A stretch of 64,000 nt of DNA, from contig CAVUPF010000006.1 of the NCBI GenBank assembly GCA_963743285.1, positions 6,076 to 70,075 of the forward strand, given 5' to 3'. The notes below the pieces were generated by a model. That model saw only the letters and a program-made list of their open reading frames with translations. It had not been told where the DNA came from and searched no databases. Numbering within the stretch: the first letter of the stretch is position 1; each line of letters starts with the position of its first letter. Below, one piece after another: positions 8,198 to 17,509 of this stretch. Source of the DNA: an uncultured Solirubrobacterales bacterium. Lineage in GTDB: Bacteria > Actinomycetota > Thermoleophilia > Solirubrobacterales > 70-9. A program made the translations under genes and the position numbers.

Positions 8198-9397
8198 ATG
8201 ATCTCTCCCAAAACAGCCATTGTCGTGGGCGGTGGGCCCGCCGGGCTCGTCGCGGCCGGCCGGCTGGCGGAGGGCGGCGTTGCTACGACGCTGCTCGAGG
8301 CCAGCGCCAAACTTGGCGGCCGAGCTGCCTCCGAGCGTCGTGAGGGGTTCGATCTCAACCAGGGCCCGCACGCCCTCTACGTAGGCGGGCCGGCAATCCG
8401 CGAGTTGGGCGCGATAGGCATCGACCCACCCCGGTGGAACCCGGTCTCGCACCGTTCGGTGTTTCTTCGCGGCGGCAAGCCGACGCGCCTACCGGGTGGA
8501 TCTCTAGGGCTGACGCGCTGGCTGATCGGCGTCGCCCGTAGCCAACCCCAGGACCTCGCCGAACTGTCCGTTGCTGAATGGCTGCAGCGGACCCTGCGCT
8601 CCGAGAGCGCCCGGGCCAGCGCAGGCGCCCTGGTGCGGGTGACGACGTTCGTCGCCGACCACGACGCGCTCAGCGCCGACGTGGCCGCCAGCCAGCTTAA
8701 GATCGGTCTCTTCCCCGGCGTCCGTTACCTCCGGGGCGGCTGGCAGTGGCTGGTCGACGCCCTCGCCGCCCGAGCCGAGCGCCAGGGCGTGACGGTGCGC
8801 ACCGGAGCTGGCGTGCGAGCGGTGGATCGCGCCGCTGATGGGTGGGTGGTGAGGTTGGACGAGGAGACTCTGCGCGCCGAGATCTTGGTCATCGCGGCCG
8901 GCGGGCCCGACGCGGTCGCCAAGCTTCTTGGCGAGCGCTCGCCAGCCGCGCCGGGGCCGGCCGCCGAGCTGAGCGTGCTCGATCTCGGGCTGAAGAGCCT
9001 GCCGCGAGCAGGCCGCAGGTTCGCGCTCGGCATCGACGCGCCCACCTACCTCTCCAAGCACTCTCCACCCGACCATCGCGACGGTGTCCTGCTCAGCCTC
9101 GCCAGCTATGCGCGCGGGCCGCGCGCCGAGCTCGAGGCGATGGCCGACGCCGTGCAGCCAGGTTGGCGCGGACGCACGACGCTGCAGCGGTTCCTGCCAC
9201 GCATGGTCGCCGTGTCCGCGATCCCGAGCCCGGCCGACGGTGGCCTTGCCGGGCGCCCGGGGGTCGACCGCGGCGAGGGCCTGTATCTGGCCGGCGACTG
9301 GTTGGGGCCGAAGGGTTGGCTCGTCGACGCCGCGATATCCAGCGGCGCCGCGGCCGCCGCGGCGGCCTTGCGGAGCCCGGTGCCGGCGCTGGCGTGA
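8198..9397 (+). CDS. FAD-dependent oxidoreductase (amine oxidase / phytoene desaturase-like)
   Basis: Rossmann motif IVVGGGPAGLVAAGRLAEGG..LLEASAKLGGRA. Start taken at MISPKTA (8198); the ORF opens at 8159. Confidence 0.8.
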   Translation: MISPKTAIVVGGGPAGLVAAGRLAEGGVATTLLEASAKLGGRAASERREGFDLNQGPHALYVGGPAIRELGAIGIDPPRWNPVSHRSVFLRGGKPTRLPGGSLGLTRWLIGVARSQPQDLAELSVAEWLQRTLRSESARASAGALVRVTTFVADHDALSADVAASQLKIGLFPGVRYLRGGWQWLVDALAARAERQGVTVRTGAGVRAVDRAADGWVVRLDEETLRAEILVIAAGGPDAVAKLLGERSPAAPGPAAELSVLDLGLKSLPRAGRRFALGIDAPTYLSKHSPPDHRDGVLLSLASYARGPRAELEAMADAVQPGWRGRTTLQRFLPRMVAVSAIPSPADGGLAGRPGVDRGEGLYLAGDWLGPKGWLVDAAISSGAAAAAAALRSPVPALA

Positions 9398-10302
9398 GAG
9401 ACGATGCCTTCACCGCTTGCCGTCCGCGTTTGCTGGGAATCGCCTACGGGATGCTGGGCGAGCTCAGCGAGGCCGAGGACATCGTCCAGGATGCCTGGCT
9501 GCGCTGGGACCGAGCCGACCGGGACGCCGTCCGCACCCCCGAGCCCTTCCTGGTCACGGTCACGATGCGGCTCGCGCTTGAACGCCTGCGTTCGGCTCGC
9601 GCCCGGCGCGAGGTCTACGTCGGCCCCTGGTTACCGGAGCCGCTGGTCACCGACGCCGAGACTCCGGAGGCGAAGGCGATCGAGGCCGAGCGTCTTGACC
9701 TCGCGCTGCTCGGCGCACTGGAGCGCCTGAACCCGGCCGAGCGTGCCGTCCTTGTCCTTCGCGACGTCTTTGACCTGGAGTACGCCGAGATCGCCGACGT
9801 CCTCGACAGGACGCCGGCCAACGTCCGCCAGATCGCCAAGCGCGCCCGCGACCACGCCGGAGATCCGAGCCGCCGGCGGACCGTGAGCGAGGAGGAGCGC
9901 CAGCGTCTCGCCGACGCCTTCCTGGCCGCTTCGGTCTCCGGCGATGTCGACCGGATTCGCGACCTGCTTGCCGCCGATGCGGTCATGTACTCAGACGGCG
10001 GCGGGGTGGTGGCCGCAGCGCGAAAGCCGATCTACGGCGCGGCCAAGATTGCGCGCTTCATGGTGGGTGTACAGCGAAAAGCCGACTACCCCACCGACCC
10101 AGTCTTCACCCGGGTACTGGTCAACGGCGATCCGGGGGTGCGCCTGGACAGCGCCGCCGATGGCTTCCTGAGCATCATCGCGATCGAGGTGGCTGACGAT
10201 CTCGTACAAGCCATCCGCTTCTTCACGAACCCGGAGCGATTCCCGGTCGCGTTTCCAAAGCAAGGCGAAGACGAGGCACGACGGGCTTCGATGCCCCGCT
10301 GA
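9394..10302 (+). CDS. ECF-type RNA polymerase sigma factor with C-terminal SnoaL-like extension (SigJ-like)
   Basis: The GTG start overlaps the upstream stop (GTGA). Region 2 is IVQDAWLRW and region 4 is LNPAERAVLVLRDVFDLEYAEIADVL..ANVRQIAKRAR. The ~120-aa tail is typical of the SigJ group. Confidence 0.85.
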   Translation: MRDDAFTACRPRLLGIAYGMLGELSEAEDIVQDAWLRWDRADRDAVRTPEPFLVTVTMRLALERLRSARARREVYVGPWLPEPLVTDAETPEAKAIEAERLDLALLGALERLNPAERAVLVLRDVFDLEYAEIADVLDRTPANVRQIAKRARDHAGDPSRRRTVSEEERQRLADAFLAASVSGDVDRIRDLLAADAVMYSDGGGVVAAARKPIYGAAKIARFMVGVQRKADYPTDPVFTRVLVNGDPGVRLDSAADGFLSIIAIEVADDLVQAIRFFTNPERFPVAFPKQGEDEARRASMPR

Positions 10303-10382
10303 GCCCCAGAAAGCCGGGCAAGGCGACGCGAAGCCACCTGCTCTGACGACGGCAGGCTGATGTCTGGATCTCGTATGCCGAC

Positions 10383-11066
10383 TCAGGCCGTCGCAGTGGC
10401 GTCCAGGTCCAGGCGGATGTAGGTGATCGTCGGCTTCGGGCCCAGCGCGGTGTGCACCTCATCGACGTAGCGCTCGCGCAGATCCTCGGGCAGCCGCAGC
10501 AGATGGGCGCTGAGGGCATTGACCTGCAGCCATTCGCGTAGGTCCTCATACGAAGCGGGGCGCTGCACCAGCCCGGTTCGAACGTCAGTGAAGCCGGCTG
10601 CGCGGAGGCGATCCGCGGTCACCCCCGGGCCGGCGAAGTTCCACGGCGACCAACTGTCCAGGTAGGGCGCGAACGGCTCGCGTGCCCCGACCGCGAGCGT
10701 CGCGGTGAGCAGCTCGGGCGTATTGCCCTCACCACCGCACTGTGCGACGAGCCGACCCGCGGGGCGCAGGACGGCGTGCAGCTGCCCAAACAGCACCTCG
10801 TGGTCGGCGAGCCAGTGGAAAACGGCGCTCGAGAAGACCGCGTCGACCTGTCGTCCGCCGAGGTCGAGCTCGGCCAGGTCCCCGACGATCAGCTCGGCGC
10901 TGTCACCGAGACGTTGCGCAGCCGCCGCGATCATCCCCGCGGAGCCATCGACGCCGATCACGTGGCCTCGAAGCAGCCGCTGAACCAGGGCTTGCGTCAC
11001 CCGGCCAGAACCGCAGCAGGCGTCGAGTACTGTCTCGTCGCCGCGCAGGATTAGGCGGTCCAGCAC
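10383..11066 (-). CDS. class I SAM-dependent methyltransferase
   Basis: Motif I is VLDACCGSG. Homology-like sequence (HDWDGATYDRISAPLERNG) continues 26 codons upstream of this GTG without a canonical start; see findings. Confidence 0.8.
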   Translation of the reverse strand: MLDRLILRGDETVLDACCGSGRVTQALVQRLLRGHVIGVDGSAGMIAAAAQRLGDSAELIVGDLAELDLGGRQVDAVFSSAVFHWLADHEVLFGQLHAVLRPAGRLVAQCGGEGNTPELLTATLAVGAREPFAPYLDSWSPWNFAGPGVTADRLRAAGFTDVRTGLVQRPASYEDLREWLQVNALSAHLLRLPEDLRERYVDEVHTALGPKPTITYIRLDLDATATA

Positions 11067-11380
11067 GGTGATCCCGTTGCGCTCCAGGGGCGCGGAGATA
11101 CGATCGTAGGTGGCTCCATCCCAATCGTGAGCGGCGATCTCCGTACGTTATCGCGTACGGATGTATGTCCGCGCTTTGAGTATCGCGCAAGCGATTCGCG
11201 ACTCTCGCGCGTTTGCGGGTGGTTGCGAGCGTCGACGGACGCCACTCACGCTTCCGCCTCGGGGGAAAAGGAGCCGCGTGGCGCCATTTCAGTGCGGCAA
11301 ACACGACAATCCCCACATCCGGGCTCGACGACGCCCGCCGATCCAGCGGATCGACCTTTCAACGAAGAGGCGGTGTGCAG

Positions 11381-12199
11381 ATGGCGAAACGGAGCATGAA
11401 CGAGGACGATCCGCTCGAGGACTTCGATCCCCGCATGGTTACTCTCGACGGCGTCACGAAGACGGTCCACGTCGCCGGCCAAGGGCCGGCTGTGATCGTG
11501 ATGACGGAGATGCCGGGCATCAGCCCGCACGTCGCTCGCTTCGGTCGCTGGGTCAGAGATGCAGGATTCACGGTCTACATGCCCTCGCTGTTCGGCCGCG
11601 ACGGTGCGGTGCCGAGCGCCGAGGAGGGTGCGGCCACCTTCCAACGGGCCTGCGTCAGTGCCGAGTTTTGCGCGCTCGGCGCCAACCGGTCGAGCCCGGT
11701 GACGGTCTGGCTTCGGTCGCTGGCAAGACTGGCGCACGAGGAGTGCGGCGGTCCGGGCGTCGGCGCTATAGGTATGTGCTTCACCGGCAATTTCGCGCTC
11801 ACGATGATGCTCGAGCCTGCGATGCTCGCGCCGGTCCTCTCCCAGCCGGCGCTGCCACTGGACGACCCAGCCGGGCTGGAGATCGCTCCCGATGATCTCG
11901 CCGCCGTCAGAGACCGCCTTGAGCGGGAGGACCTGACCGTGATGGCCTATCGCTTCCGGGGCGACCAGGTGTGCAGGGCGCAGCGGTTCGCGGCCTATTC
12001 AGAGGCGCTCGGTGACCGGTTCATCCCGCGTGTGCTCCCCGACAGTGCCGCCAACCGCGAAACCTCCCCATTCTTCGAGAAGTACGTTCCAACTCCCCAC
12101 AGCGTCGTAACCGCCCATCTGATTGACGAGGCTGGCCAACCGACGATTGCTGCCCGCGACGAGATCCTCTCCTACTTCACCCAGCGTCTCGCCTCATGA
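11381..12199 (+). CDS. dienelactone hydrolase family protein
   Basis: GAAGAGG Shine-Dalgarno sequence, then MAKRSM. Nucleophile context is GAIGMCFTG, with an alpha/beta-hydrolase layout. Confidence 0.85.
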   Translation: MAKRSMNEDDPLEDFDPRMVTLDGVTKTVHVAGQGPAVIVMTEMPGISPHVARFGRWVRDAGFTVYMPSLFGRDGAVPSAEEGAATFQRACVSAEFCALGANRSSPVTVWLRSLARLAHEECGGPGVGAIGMCFTGNFALTMMLEPAMLAPVLSQPALPLDDPAGLEIAPDDLAAVRDRLEREDLTVMAYRFRGDQVCRAQRFAAYSEALGDRFIPRVLPDSAANRETSPFFEKYVPTPHSVVTAHLIDEAGQPTIAARDEILSYFTQRLAS

Positions 12200-12420
12200 C
12201 CGCGGCAAGGAGGCCGCTGCTTGTGGCCGAGAGTCGGCGCTTCGCACCTAGCGCCCACGCTCTCCTGCGCAGCACGATTCCCGAGCGCACCGAATGGGCA
12301 GTCGCGCCACCGCGCCTGCGGCGCCAAGTCTGTGAGCTCCTTGACCACCCTTGCGGCCTTGACCTGGTCGCGGGCCGGCCCATAGGGTCGGGGTCCACCC
12401 TCAGACGCTTGGAGACCTAT

Positions 12421-12705
12421 ATGCGATTCGTGATCATTTACCGACCGAAACATGCTGCCCCGGCCGATCAGCTGCCAGAGTTGCTGAAGGGCATGGGGGA
12501 GTGGATGCAGAAATACGCCAGCCGCGTGGAGGGCACTCAGTTCTTTGTCAGCGGCGGCGGGTTCGGCACCATTGAGACCGACGACGCGGGCGAGCTTTCG
12601 CGTCTCATCGCTGAGCACCCGTTCACGCCCTACGCCGACGTCCAGATCGAGCCGCTAGTCGATCCGCAGACTGCGATCGAGAATCTCATCGCGGCGAATT
12701 CCTGA
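12421..12705 (+). CDS. small alpha+beta protein (DUF3303-like)
   Basis: GGAGACC Shine-Dalgarno sequence, then MRFVIIYRPK; contains GFGTIETDDAGELSRLIAEHPF. The family call is tentative. Confidence 0.55.
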   Translation: MRFVIIYRPKHAAPADQLPELLKGMGEWMQKYASRVEGTQFFVSGGGFGTIETDDAGELSRLIAEHPFTPYADVQIEPLVDPQTAIENLIAANS

Positions 12706-12973
12706 CCAGCCAGCAAGTGTTAGCGGCGTTGATGCCGTTACCCTGCGAGAGCAGTCCAGAGCCGCGACCTGGTCCGCGTGGGCGGCAACGGATGGGCTGC
12801 CGCGACTTTGAAGCGACGAGCAGCTCTATGAAGGCCGCCGCGATGAGCAGCCGCTGATCTACTTCCGCGAGGGCGCGGCGCGGCGCCGCCCTCGCGGACG
12901 AGCGGGAGCGCTGGCGCTGGCGCCGCCGCCTTCGAAGTGAAGGTCGACGGCCATGGTCGCTATCATTGCTAGC

Positions 12974-13207
12974 ATGGCCCAGCTTCTCGTACGCGACATC
13001 GAGAGCGTCGTGGTCCGCGAGCTGAAGCTCCGCGCCGCCCGGCATGGCCGCTCCGCCGAGGAGGAGCACCGCGAGATCCTGCGCGGCGCGCTTCGCCACC
13101 CCGGCCCCCCGACCTCGCTGAAGCAGCTCCTGCTCGAGATCCCCGACGTCGGCGAGGACCGCGACTTCGAGCGACCGCGCGACCTCGGCCGTTCGATCGA
13201 GCTGTAA
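12974..13207 (+). CDS. vapB: ribbon-helix-helix antitoxin (FitA/VapB-like)
   Basis: MAQLLVRDIESVVVRELKLRAARHGRSAEEEHREILR. A TATCAT hexamer lies 7 nt upstream of the ATG. Confidence 0.8.
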   Translation: MAQLLVRDIESVVVRELKLRAARHGRSAEEEHREILRGALRHPGPPTSLKQLLLEIPDVGEDRDFERPRDLGRSIEL

Positions 13208-13219
13208 GCGTCGGCTGCT

Positions 13220-13654
13220 GTGGCCTACTTGATCGATACGGACGTCATCTCCGAGCTGCGCAAGGGCAAGCGCGCCGATCCCGCCGTCATCTCCTGGTTC
13301 GCGGACCTCGCCGACGAGGACGTTTACCTCAGCGTGCTGACGCTGGGTGAGATGCGCAAGGGGATCGAGAGCATCCGGCCTCGCGATCCCAAGGCGGCGG
13401 AAGCCTTGGAGAGCTGGCTGGGCCGAATCTCCGAGGCGCATCGAGATCGCGTCTTGGGCGTTGACCGCGCGATTGCGGAGGAGTGGGGGAGGGTGAACGT
13501 GCCCGATCCCCTGCCCGTCATCGACGGTCTGCTCGCCGCGACCGCGAACGTGGTCGGCCTTACCCTCGCCACCGGGAATATCGCCGATGTCGCGCGAACC
13601 GGCGTCAGCCTGACCGATCCCTTCGCCGATCGGCTGCCGGCCCGTGGAAGCTGA
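13220..13654 (+). CDS. vapC: PIN-domain toxin (VapC/FitB-like)
   Basis: AYLIDTDVISELRKG and VIDGLLAATANVVGLTLATGN. Confidence 0.9.
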   Translation: MAYLIDTDVISELRKGKRADPAVISWFADLADEDVYLSVLTLGEMRKGIESIRPRDPKAAEALESWLGRISEAHRDRVLGVDRAIAEEWGRVNVPDPLPVIDGLLAATANVVGLTLATGNIADVARTGVSLTDPFADRLPARGS

Positions 13655-13781
13655 TCGGTCTCGTTGGGCACCGAGCGCGAGCGCTCGTCCCGACCAGACA
13701 GAGGCAACCGAGGCGAGATTCGTCGACCTGGACGCGCCCCCAGCACCGCCCGCGGCCTTCCGTTGGATCTTCGGGGTCGCG

Positions 13782-14585
13782 ATGCGGTGGAAGGGAGGCA
13801 ATCGCAGCATGGCCATTCTCGGTCTTGCCTTCGCCCTCTCCATGTTCGCGCCAGCCTCCGCATTCGCAACGACCGGCTCAATCGAAGGCGTCACGGTCGA
13901 ACCGTCACTGGCCCACGCCTTGGTCCAGAACCTCTCCATCACTTACAGCGAGTGTCCCTCGACTGAACCGAACTGCGCGTGGTCGGCAACTGCCACCCTC
14001 GCGCCTCCGCCTCCACAGCGGACCTCATGCCCCGAAGTTTGGTCATGGATCTTGGAAATGGCTGGACATCCTCCGGGTATGCCGCCACCTCCTCCTGGCT
14101 GGCACCCCGAACGCCGCATCTGGAACCTTGAATCCAGCGGAAATGGATCTGTCCAAAGCGGCCCTCTACAGCTTGATATCGAAGGGGTCAACGACTACCG
14201 AGTCTGTCTCTACGCGACGCATTTCTTTGCGGCCCAAACTTCTACGCGTTTCGGCGCAGCTCAGCCTGCCTATACCGCCAACCCGGAATACCCGGATCTC
14301 ATCGCCGAACAGCTCCTGCACGTCGACGTTCCGCCGAGCCAGGAAACCCAGCCTGCGGTCTCCGCGACGCCCATGCACAAGCACCGCGTGCCGGACGTCG
14401 TGGGCTTGAAGCCCACAGCCGCTGAACGTGCACTGGCGCGGCGTCACTTCAAGGTGAAGTACACAGCTCTGAGCAATTTGTGTGCGGGGATCCCGCCCCA
14501 CGGGCACATCATCATTCAGAAGCCGAGGGCGGGCAGGCTGGTTCGACAGGGAACCACCGTTCGCCTACAGACCAGCTGCGGCTGA
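13782..14585 (+). CDS. secreted protein with a single C-terminal PASTA domain
   Basis: Signal peptide (AILGLAFALSMFAPASAFA). The C-terminus VPDVVGLKPTAAERALARRHFKVKY..IIIQKPRAGRLVRQGTTVRL fits the PASTA pattern. No kinase or PBP domain. Confidence 0.7.
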   Translation: MRWKGGNRSMAILGLAFALSMFAPASAFATTGSIEGVTVEPSLAHALVQNLSITYSECPSTEPNCAWSATATLAPPPPQRTSCPEVWSWILEMAGHPPGMPPPPPGWHPERRIWNLESSGNGSVQSGPLQLDIEGVNDYRVCLYATHFFAAQTSTRFGAAQPAYTANPEYPDLIAEQLLHVDVPPSQETQPAVSATPMHKHRVPDVVGLKPTAAERALARRHFKVKYTALSNLCAGIPPHGHIIIQKPRAGRLVRQGTTVRLQTSCG

Positions 14586-14630
14586 GTAATGAGGTTAGCG
14601 GCAAGCCTAATTCCAGAGCCAAAAACCATT

Positions 14631-14683
14631 GGCGCGAGCGCACCCTCGCCGAGGCGGTCCCGCTTCGAAGGACGAGCGGGCCT
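14631..14683. repeat. 53-nt double-hairpin element, copy A
   Basis: 51/53 identical to 53404-53456. Lies 22 nt upstream of an antitoxin start codon. Confidence 0.8.
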
Positions 14684-14705
14684 CAAGCAAGTTATACTGC
14701 TGGGT

Positions 14706-14996
14706 ATGAATTATAAGGTTGGAACCAAAGGCCAAGTGGTCATACCAAAGGCGATCCGTGAGCAGATCGGGATCAAGCCGGGCGATGAGGTCGTCTTCGA
14801 GCCCGACGGCGCCGAAGTGAGGGTACGCCGCGCCGAGGAGGACTCGGCGCAGCGCGCCAGGGACATCCAGGCCCTACGCGGCATCTGGGCGGATATCCCA
14901 GGGAGCGGCACGGCTGCTCTGGAAGAGGAGCGGCGCATGGAGCGCGAGCTGGAGGAGCGCAAGGCCCAGAGGTGGGGCGTTGGTCGTCCTCGATAG
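14706..14996 (+). CDS. vapB: AbrB/MazE/SpoVT-type antitoxin
   Basis: MNYKVGTKGQVVIPKAIREQIGIKPGDEVVFEPDG. A TATACT hexamer lies 7 nt upstream of the ATG. Confidence 0.85.
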   Translation: MNYKVGTKGQVVIPKAIREQIGIKPGDEVVFEPDGAEVRVRRAEEDSAQRARDIQALRGIWADIPGSGTAALEEERRMERELEERKAQRWGVGRPR

Positions 14997-15357
14997 CTGG
15001 GCGCTGCTGGCCTACTTGAAGGACGAGCCGGCGGCTGGACGCATCGAAGAGGAGTGGCTCTCGCGAGCGGTGGCGATCTCTTCGATCAGCCTTGGCGAGG
15101 CGCTGTACATTCGCATCCGCGAGCGCGACGAGGACGCGGCGCTGGCGGAGATCGCGACGATTTGGAAGCGCAGCACACTCGTCGAGGCGGACTGGATGAT
15201 GGTTCGTGCTGCCGCGCGAGTCAAGGTGCGCGGCGGCCTCTCCTACGCGGACGCCTTCTGCGTCGCGACGGCCGAGCGCCTGGACGCCCCGCTTTGGACC
15301 GGCGACCCCGAGATCCTCGCCTTCGAGACCGAGGTCGAGCTGGTCGATCTGCGCTGA
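14980..15357 (+). CDS. vapC: PIN-domain toxin (VapC family)
   Basis: VVLDSWALLAYL and SYADAFCVATAERLDAPLWTGD. Overlaps the 3' end of the antitoxin gene. Confidence 0.9.
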   Translation: MVVLDSWALLAYLKDEPAAGRIEEEWLSRAVAISSISLGEALYIRIRERDEDAALAEIATIWKRSTLVEADWMMVRAAARVKVRGGLSYADAFCVATAERLDAPLWTGDPEILAFETEVELVDLR

Positions 15358-15399
15358 TCGCAACCGACCTCGATTAGAGCTCACCAGGGTCAGGATTCC

Positions 15400-15538
15400 G
15401 AGACGACAGGGATGCGCGACAAGCTGATCCACGACTACTTCGGCGTCGACCTCAGCCTCGTCTGGGACGTGGTCGCATCCGAGCTGCCCGGCGCCCCGGA
15501 AGCGAATCGATGCGCTGCTCGAAGAACTCGATTGGTAG
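15400..15538 (+). pseudogene. HepT (DUF86) toxin C-terminal fragment, frameshifted
   Basis: GMRDKLIHDYFGVDLSLVWDVV matches the RxxxH-type HepT motif. The tail RKRIDALLEELDW* is in a different frame. No N-terminal part and no MNT partner. Confidence 0.6.
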
Positions 15539-15574
15539 CGGGTTGCCCTGCTCCCGGAGTCTGAGTATCGCCTC

Positions 15575-16141
15575 ATGACCGAGACCCAAGACCAGCCGAT
15601 TCGCGTCGTCTCCTACGATCCCGCCTGGCCCGCACGCTTTGAGGCCGAGCGAGGCGCGCTGGATGAGGCGATCGGAGAGTGGGCTACGGGTGGCATCCAC
15701 CACGTCGGCAGCACGGCGGTGGCGGGTCTCGACGCGAAGCCAATCATCGACATCCTCGTCGGCGTCGAGAGCCTTGAGACTTCGCGAGCCTGCTTCAGCC
15801 CGCTGGCAGAGCTGGGATACAAATATGCGCCGTATCGGGCAGAGGAGATGCACTGGTTCTGCAAGCCCGATCCGCGCCGCCGCACTCATCACTTGCACCT
15901 GGTCCCGAAGGACTCGTCCCGCTTCGGTGACGAGCTCGCCTTCCGCGATCTCTTACGCTTGAACTCGGAGAGGGCAAAAGAGTACGCCGAACTCAAGTAC
16001 CGCCTCGCCGCCCGCTTCGAGCACGACCGCGAGGCCTACACCGACGCCAAGGCCGACTTCATCCGTAGAGCACTCGCTCACCAAGGGCGCCGCTGCCTGG
16101 ATGAACGCGGCGACGATGAGATCACACGGCACACTCTGTGA
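15575..16141 (+). CDS. GrpB family protein
   Basis: VVSYDPAWPARFEAERGAL..IHHVGSTAVAGLDAKPIIDILV..THHLHLV is the classic GrpB/UPF0157 pattern. Confidence 0.9.
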   Translation: MTETQDQPIRVVSYDPAWPARFEAERGALDEAIGEWATGGIHHVGSTAVAGLDAKPIIDILVGVESLETSRACFSPLAELGYKYAPYRAEEMHWFCKPDPRRRTHHLHLVPKDSSRFGDELAFRDLLRLNSERAKEYAELKYRLAARFEHDREAYTDAKADFIRRALAHQGRRCLDERGDDEITRHTL

Positions 16142-16366
16142 AGGGGACTGGCAAGAAGGCGGCCACCGCCGCGACCACCTGGGGATGGGACCAACGGGCA
16201 AGCCCCCACTTCGCCCCTTCGCCGATCCCGAGGGGCCCGCACAATCGGCTTGATCACTCAGCCGGGCTGGTCGGATGCGGTGGGCGGGGAAGCCGGCTAT
16301 CCCTCCGTCCTGCTCAGCCCGGACCGACATTTGGTCCAGGCTGAGCAGCGGAGCCTAGCTGGGTCT

Positions 16367-17509
16367 CTAATGAAGCAGTTCGAGCGTGTTGGAGCCGTCG
16401 TTGACGTAATAGAGGCCTTGGCCGTACGGCGCAACCGCAAGTCCGAACAGCGTCCCTTCTCCGCTTGCGTCGAGGGTGACGGGGGGGAACTGCGTGCCGT
16501 TGGGGGCGGTCTCAACGGCGTTCCCATCGCCGGCATTGACGGTGAGGATGTCGCCGTTGGGAGCGATCGCAAGACCGAGCGGGCTGTTCAGACCCCCGCC
16601 TTCGGTAAGGGTGGTTCCGACTCCCGCGCTACTCGATCGCACCAGTGCGCCAGGAATGGCCTGGATCCGGTTATCGACCGTGTCTGCCACGTACAGGGTG
16701 CCGTTTCGGCCCAGGCCCACTCCGGTTGGGCCGACCACAAGCGCAGCGGGATCGGTCCTCTCGGCGAATCCCGTCCCGATTTCCTTGACATTGATGACAC
16801 TGGGGACATTCGATCCACCAGATGGGCCATGGAAGTCTCCGAACCGATCGTGGCGATCACCGAACCCGAGAATGAGGCGAACGACCGTGCCGCCGTTGAC
16901 CGTAGCTCCGTCGGCCTGAACCGTGCCGTTGAGGACGTTGGTGACGAACACCTCTGCGAGGTTGCCGAAGCTCACGGTCGTCAGATCCCAGGGGCCGTTA
17001 ATCGGTGCGCCTTTGATCGCCCGGAGCAGGCGCCCGTTGCTGTCGAGCACCAGCAGGCATCCTGCCTTGGCGTCTTTGGATTCGCCGCTCTGGTCGGGCA
17101 GGCTGCCAACGATCACGTCCCCGTGGGGCAGGAGGCCGAGTGCCGTGGTCAGGCCGATGCCACCGGGGCAGACGCTATTGGGGATCGAGGCAAGATCGGC
17201 GAATACCGTTGCCTGGCCGCTGGGGGATATCTCCACGATGGTCGTCCCGGTGCCCTGGAGGTTTTCTTCGTTGTTGAAGTTGCTGACCAGGAGGTCGCCC
17301 CTGCGCAGATCCCCCTGCGTCTGCGGCACGACGACCAGGCCATAGGGATTGACGTCGTTTTTTGGAGGCAGGACCGTCGAGGCAATCAGGCTGTTGTTGG
17401 AGAAGTTGCCCAGGAACGATGTTGAGTGCGCCCATGCAGATGTCGCGCTCAGCGAGAAAACGATCAGGCAGGCGGTGGCTACTGCCCAACCGCGATGATG
17501 TCGAGGCAT
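16367..17509 (-). CDS. secreted beta-propeller repeat protein (NHL/SMP-30-like)
   Basis: Start at MPRHHRGWAVATACLIVFSLSATSAWA. Has repeated Gly-rich blades such as GLAVAPYGQGLYYVNDG and GTLYVADTVDNRIQ. Confidence 0.75.
   Translation of the reverse strand: MPRHHRGWAVATACLIVFSLSATSAWAHSTSFLGNFSNNSLIASTVLPPKNDVNPYGLVVVPQTQGDLRRGDLLVSNFNNEENLQGTGTTIVEISPSGQATVFADLASIPNSVCPGGIGLTTALGLLPHGDVIVGSLPDQSGESKDAKAGCLLVLDSNGRLLRAIKGAPINGPWDLTTVSFGNLAEVFVTNVLNGTVQADGATVNGGTVVRLILGFGDRHDRFGDFHGPSGGSNVPSVINVKEIGTGFAERTDPAALVVGPTGVGLGRNGTLYVADTVDNRIQAIPGALVRSSSAGVGTTLTEGGGLNSPLGLAIAPNGDILTVNAGDGNAVETAPNGTQFPPVTLDASGEGTLFGLAVAPYGQGLYYVNDGSNTLELLH

Noticed and set aside
8842-10302. Very long ORFs overlapping or antisense to confident genes. 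Examples are 8842-10302 (N-terminal extension), 5055-6269, 12686-13942, 42681-43862, 51729-53111, 53187-54119 and 56945-58336.
   Set aside because: They have Arg/Pro/Ala/Gly-rich, low-complexity translations and GC3 lower than the overlapping annotated frame. They are typical stop-codon-poor shadow frames of high-GC DNA.
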